Below are positions 63,099 to 64,000 of a stretch of 64,000 bases of DNA, piece by piece. Numbering within the stretch: the first letter of the stretch is position 1; every line of letters begins with the position of its first letter. The notes beneath the pieces are model-generated. The model did not search any database. It had not been told where the DNA came from and saw only the letters and a list, made by a program, of their open reading frames with translations. The translations under genes were made by a program, and so were the position numbers. This DNA comes from Cirrosporium novae-zelandiae (taxonomy: Eukaryota): positions 620,001 to 684,000 of the forward strand of contig JAPETS010000008.1 in assembly GCA_026023565.1 (NCBI GenBank), in the 5' to 3' direction.

Positions 63099-64000
63099 GA
63101 TGGTTGGATGGTGGTGTGGTTTAAGAGATAGCTAGGAGACTGGGGAGGTGGGGTGATTGAGCTATGCGTGTCTATGTGTGAGAGAAGAAAGGGAGGGAAG
63201 GGGGGTCCAGTCTGAGGCCGTGATATCATGCGTCTATATAATAATGTACAGCATGATATAATCGTGGTTCTGGTTGGATATTGGAAGTTTGACTGGTGGG
63301 TTGATTCCATTCCATCAACCAAGGAAGCCTAAAAAATAAAAAAAGGTGTGAAGTTATTTATTCTACAGACAGCTACTTATCCTACCTATCGATGATGATG
63401 TAGGATGTGACAAGATTGTTTATATCTGACTGTTATGGAGTGGCTAGCTTATACCTGATGTCTTTTTGGTTTGGCTGTCTCTACAGCGGGAGGGAGAATA
63501 AAAGCGGGTTTCAGAATTCATCAAACATTCCATATAATTATCTGATAATCCATTTCAGAAAGGGCTATATAGTTCTGAACTTGAATTGAGGAGGATAAAA
63601 TAAGTTGGTGCTGAAAAAAAAGAGTGATCAGATTCCAATGACCCATAATAATTCTTTCTCCGGCTACTACTTATATTATGACAATTTCCTTGTCCGGATT
63701 TCACTTTTCCTGGGAGTCCTTTGCCTTATTTCGCCGCGCCGTCCTGTTTTCCATCATTGCACATGTCAGCTCATTTCTAGTGTCAGTGTTGCATTTCCCT
63801 TCGCAGACATACATGATAGTATAGGAAGAGAAATAAAACTACAATTTCGAGGCGGGGCCTACCGAGGTAATTTCGTTGTACAGCAACCTAGTTTTATGTA
63901 TTAGCAATTGATGATGCGGAGCAGTATTGTTTTCCATCACGGTTAGATTTTGTTTGAAGATAACTTACGATGTCAAAAAGTCCGCATAGGCTTCTCCTGT

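Overview
Intron-containing genomic DNA from a filamentous ascomycete (Pezizomycotina), judged from short GT-AG introns with CTRAC branch points and typical orthologues. I can support 21 protein-coding genes. The window opens with >6 kb of repeat-rich non-coding DNA upstream of an McrA-like Zn2Cys6 regulator. A small accessory block follows (TRI4-like P450, LaeA-like methyltransferase, bZIP-DUF3425 factor divergent from an SDR). Most of the rest is conserved genes: fasciclin, Gin4-type kinase, ferric reductase, Rrp43, signal peptide peptidase, PPIL1 cyclophilin, ASC-1/Rqt4, Rab escort protein, Cnl1, Wbp11, NimA, ankyrin-BTB, amino-acid permease, Chs4-like Sel1 protein and Cbp4. Three observations stand out. 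(1) A ~6 kb island (34.5-40.8 kb) holds three uncharacterised, apparently intracellular zincin-like genes, including a convergent pair that looks like an active peptidase plus a catalytically dead relative. (2) A dual-guide box C/D snoRNA sits in the last intron of the Rab escort protein gene. (3) A triplicated bZIP-type element lies between the DUF3425 factor and the SDR. Exon boundaries were read by eye; family and rRNA-target assignments come from recalled motifs, not searches.
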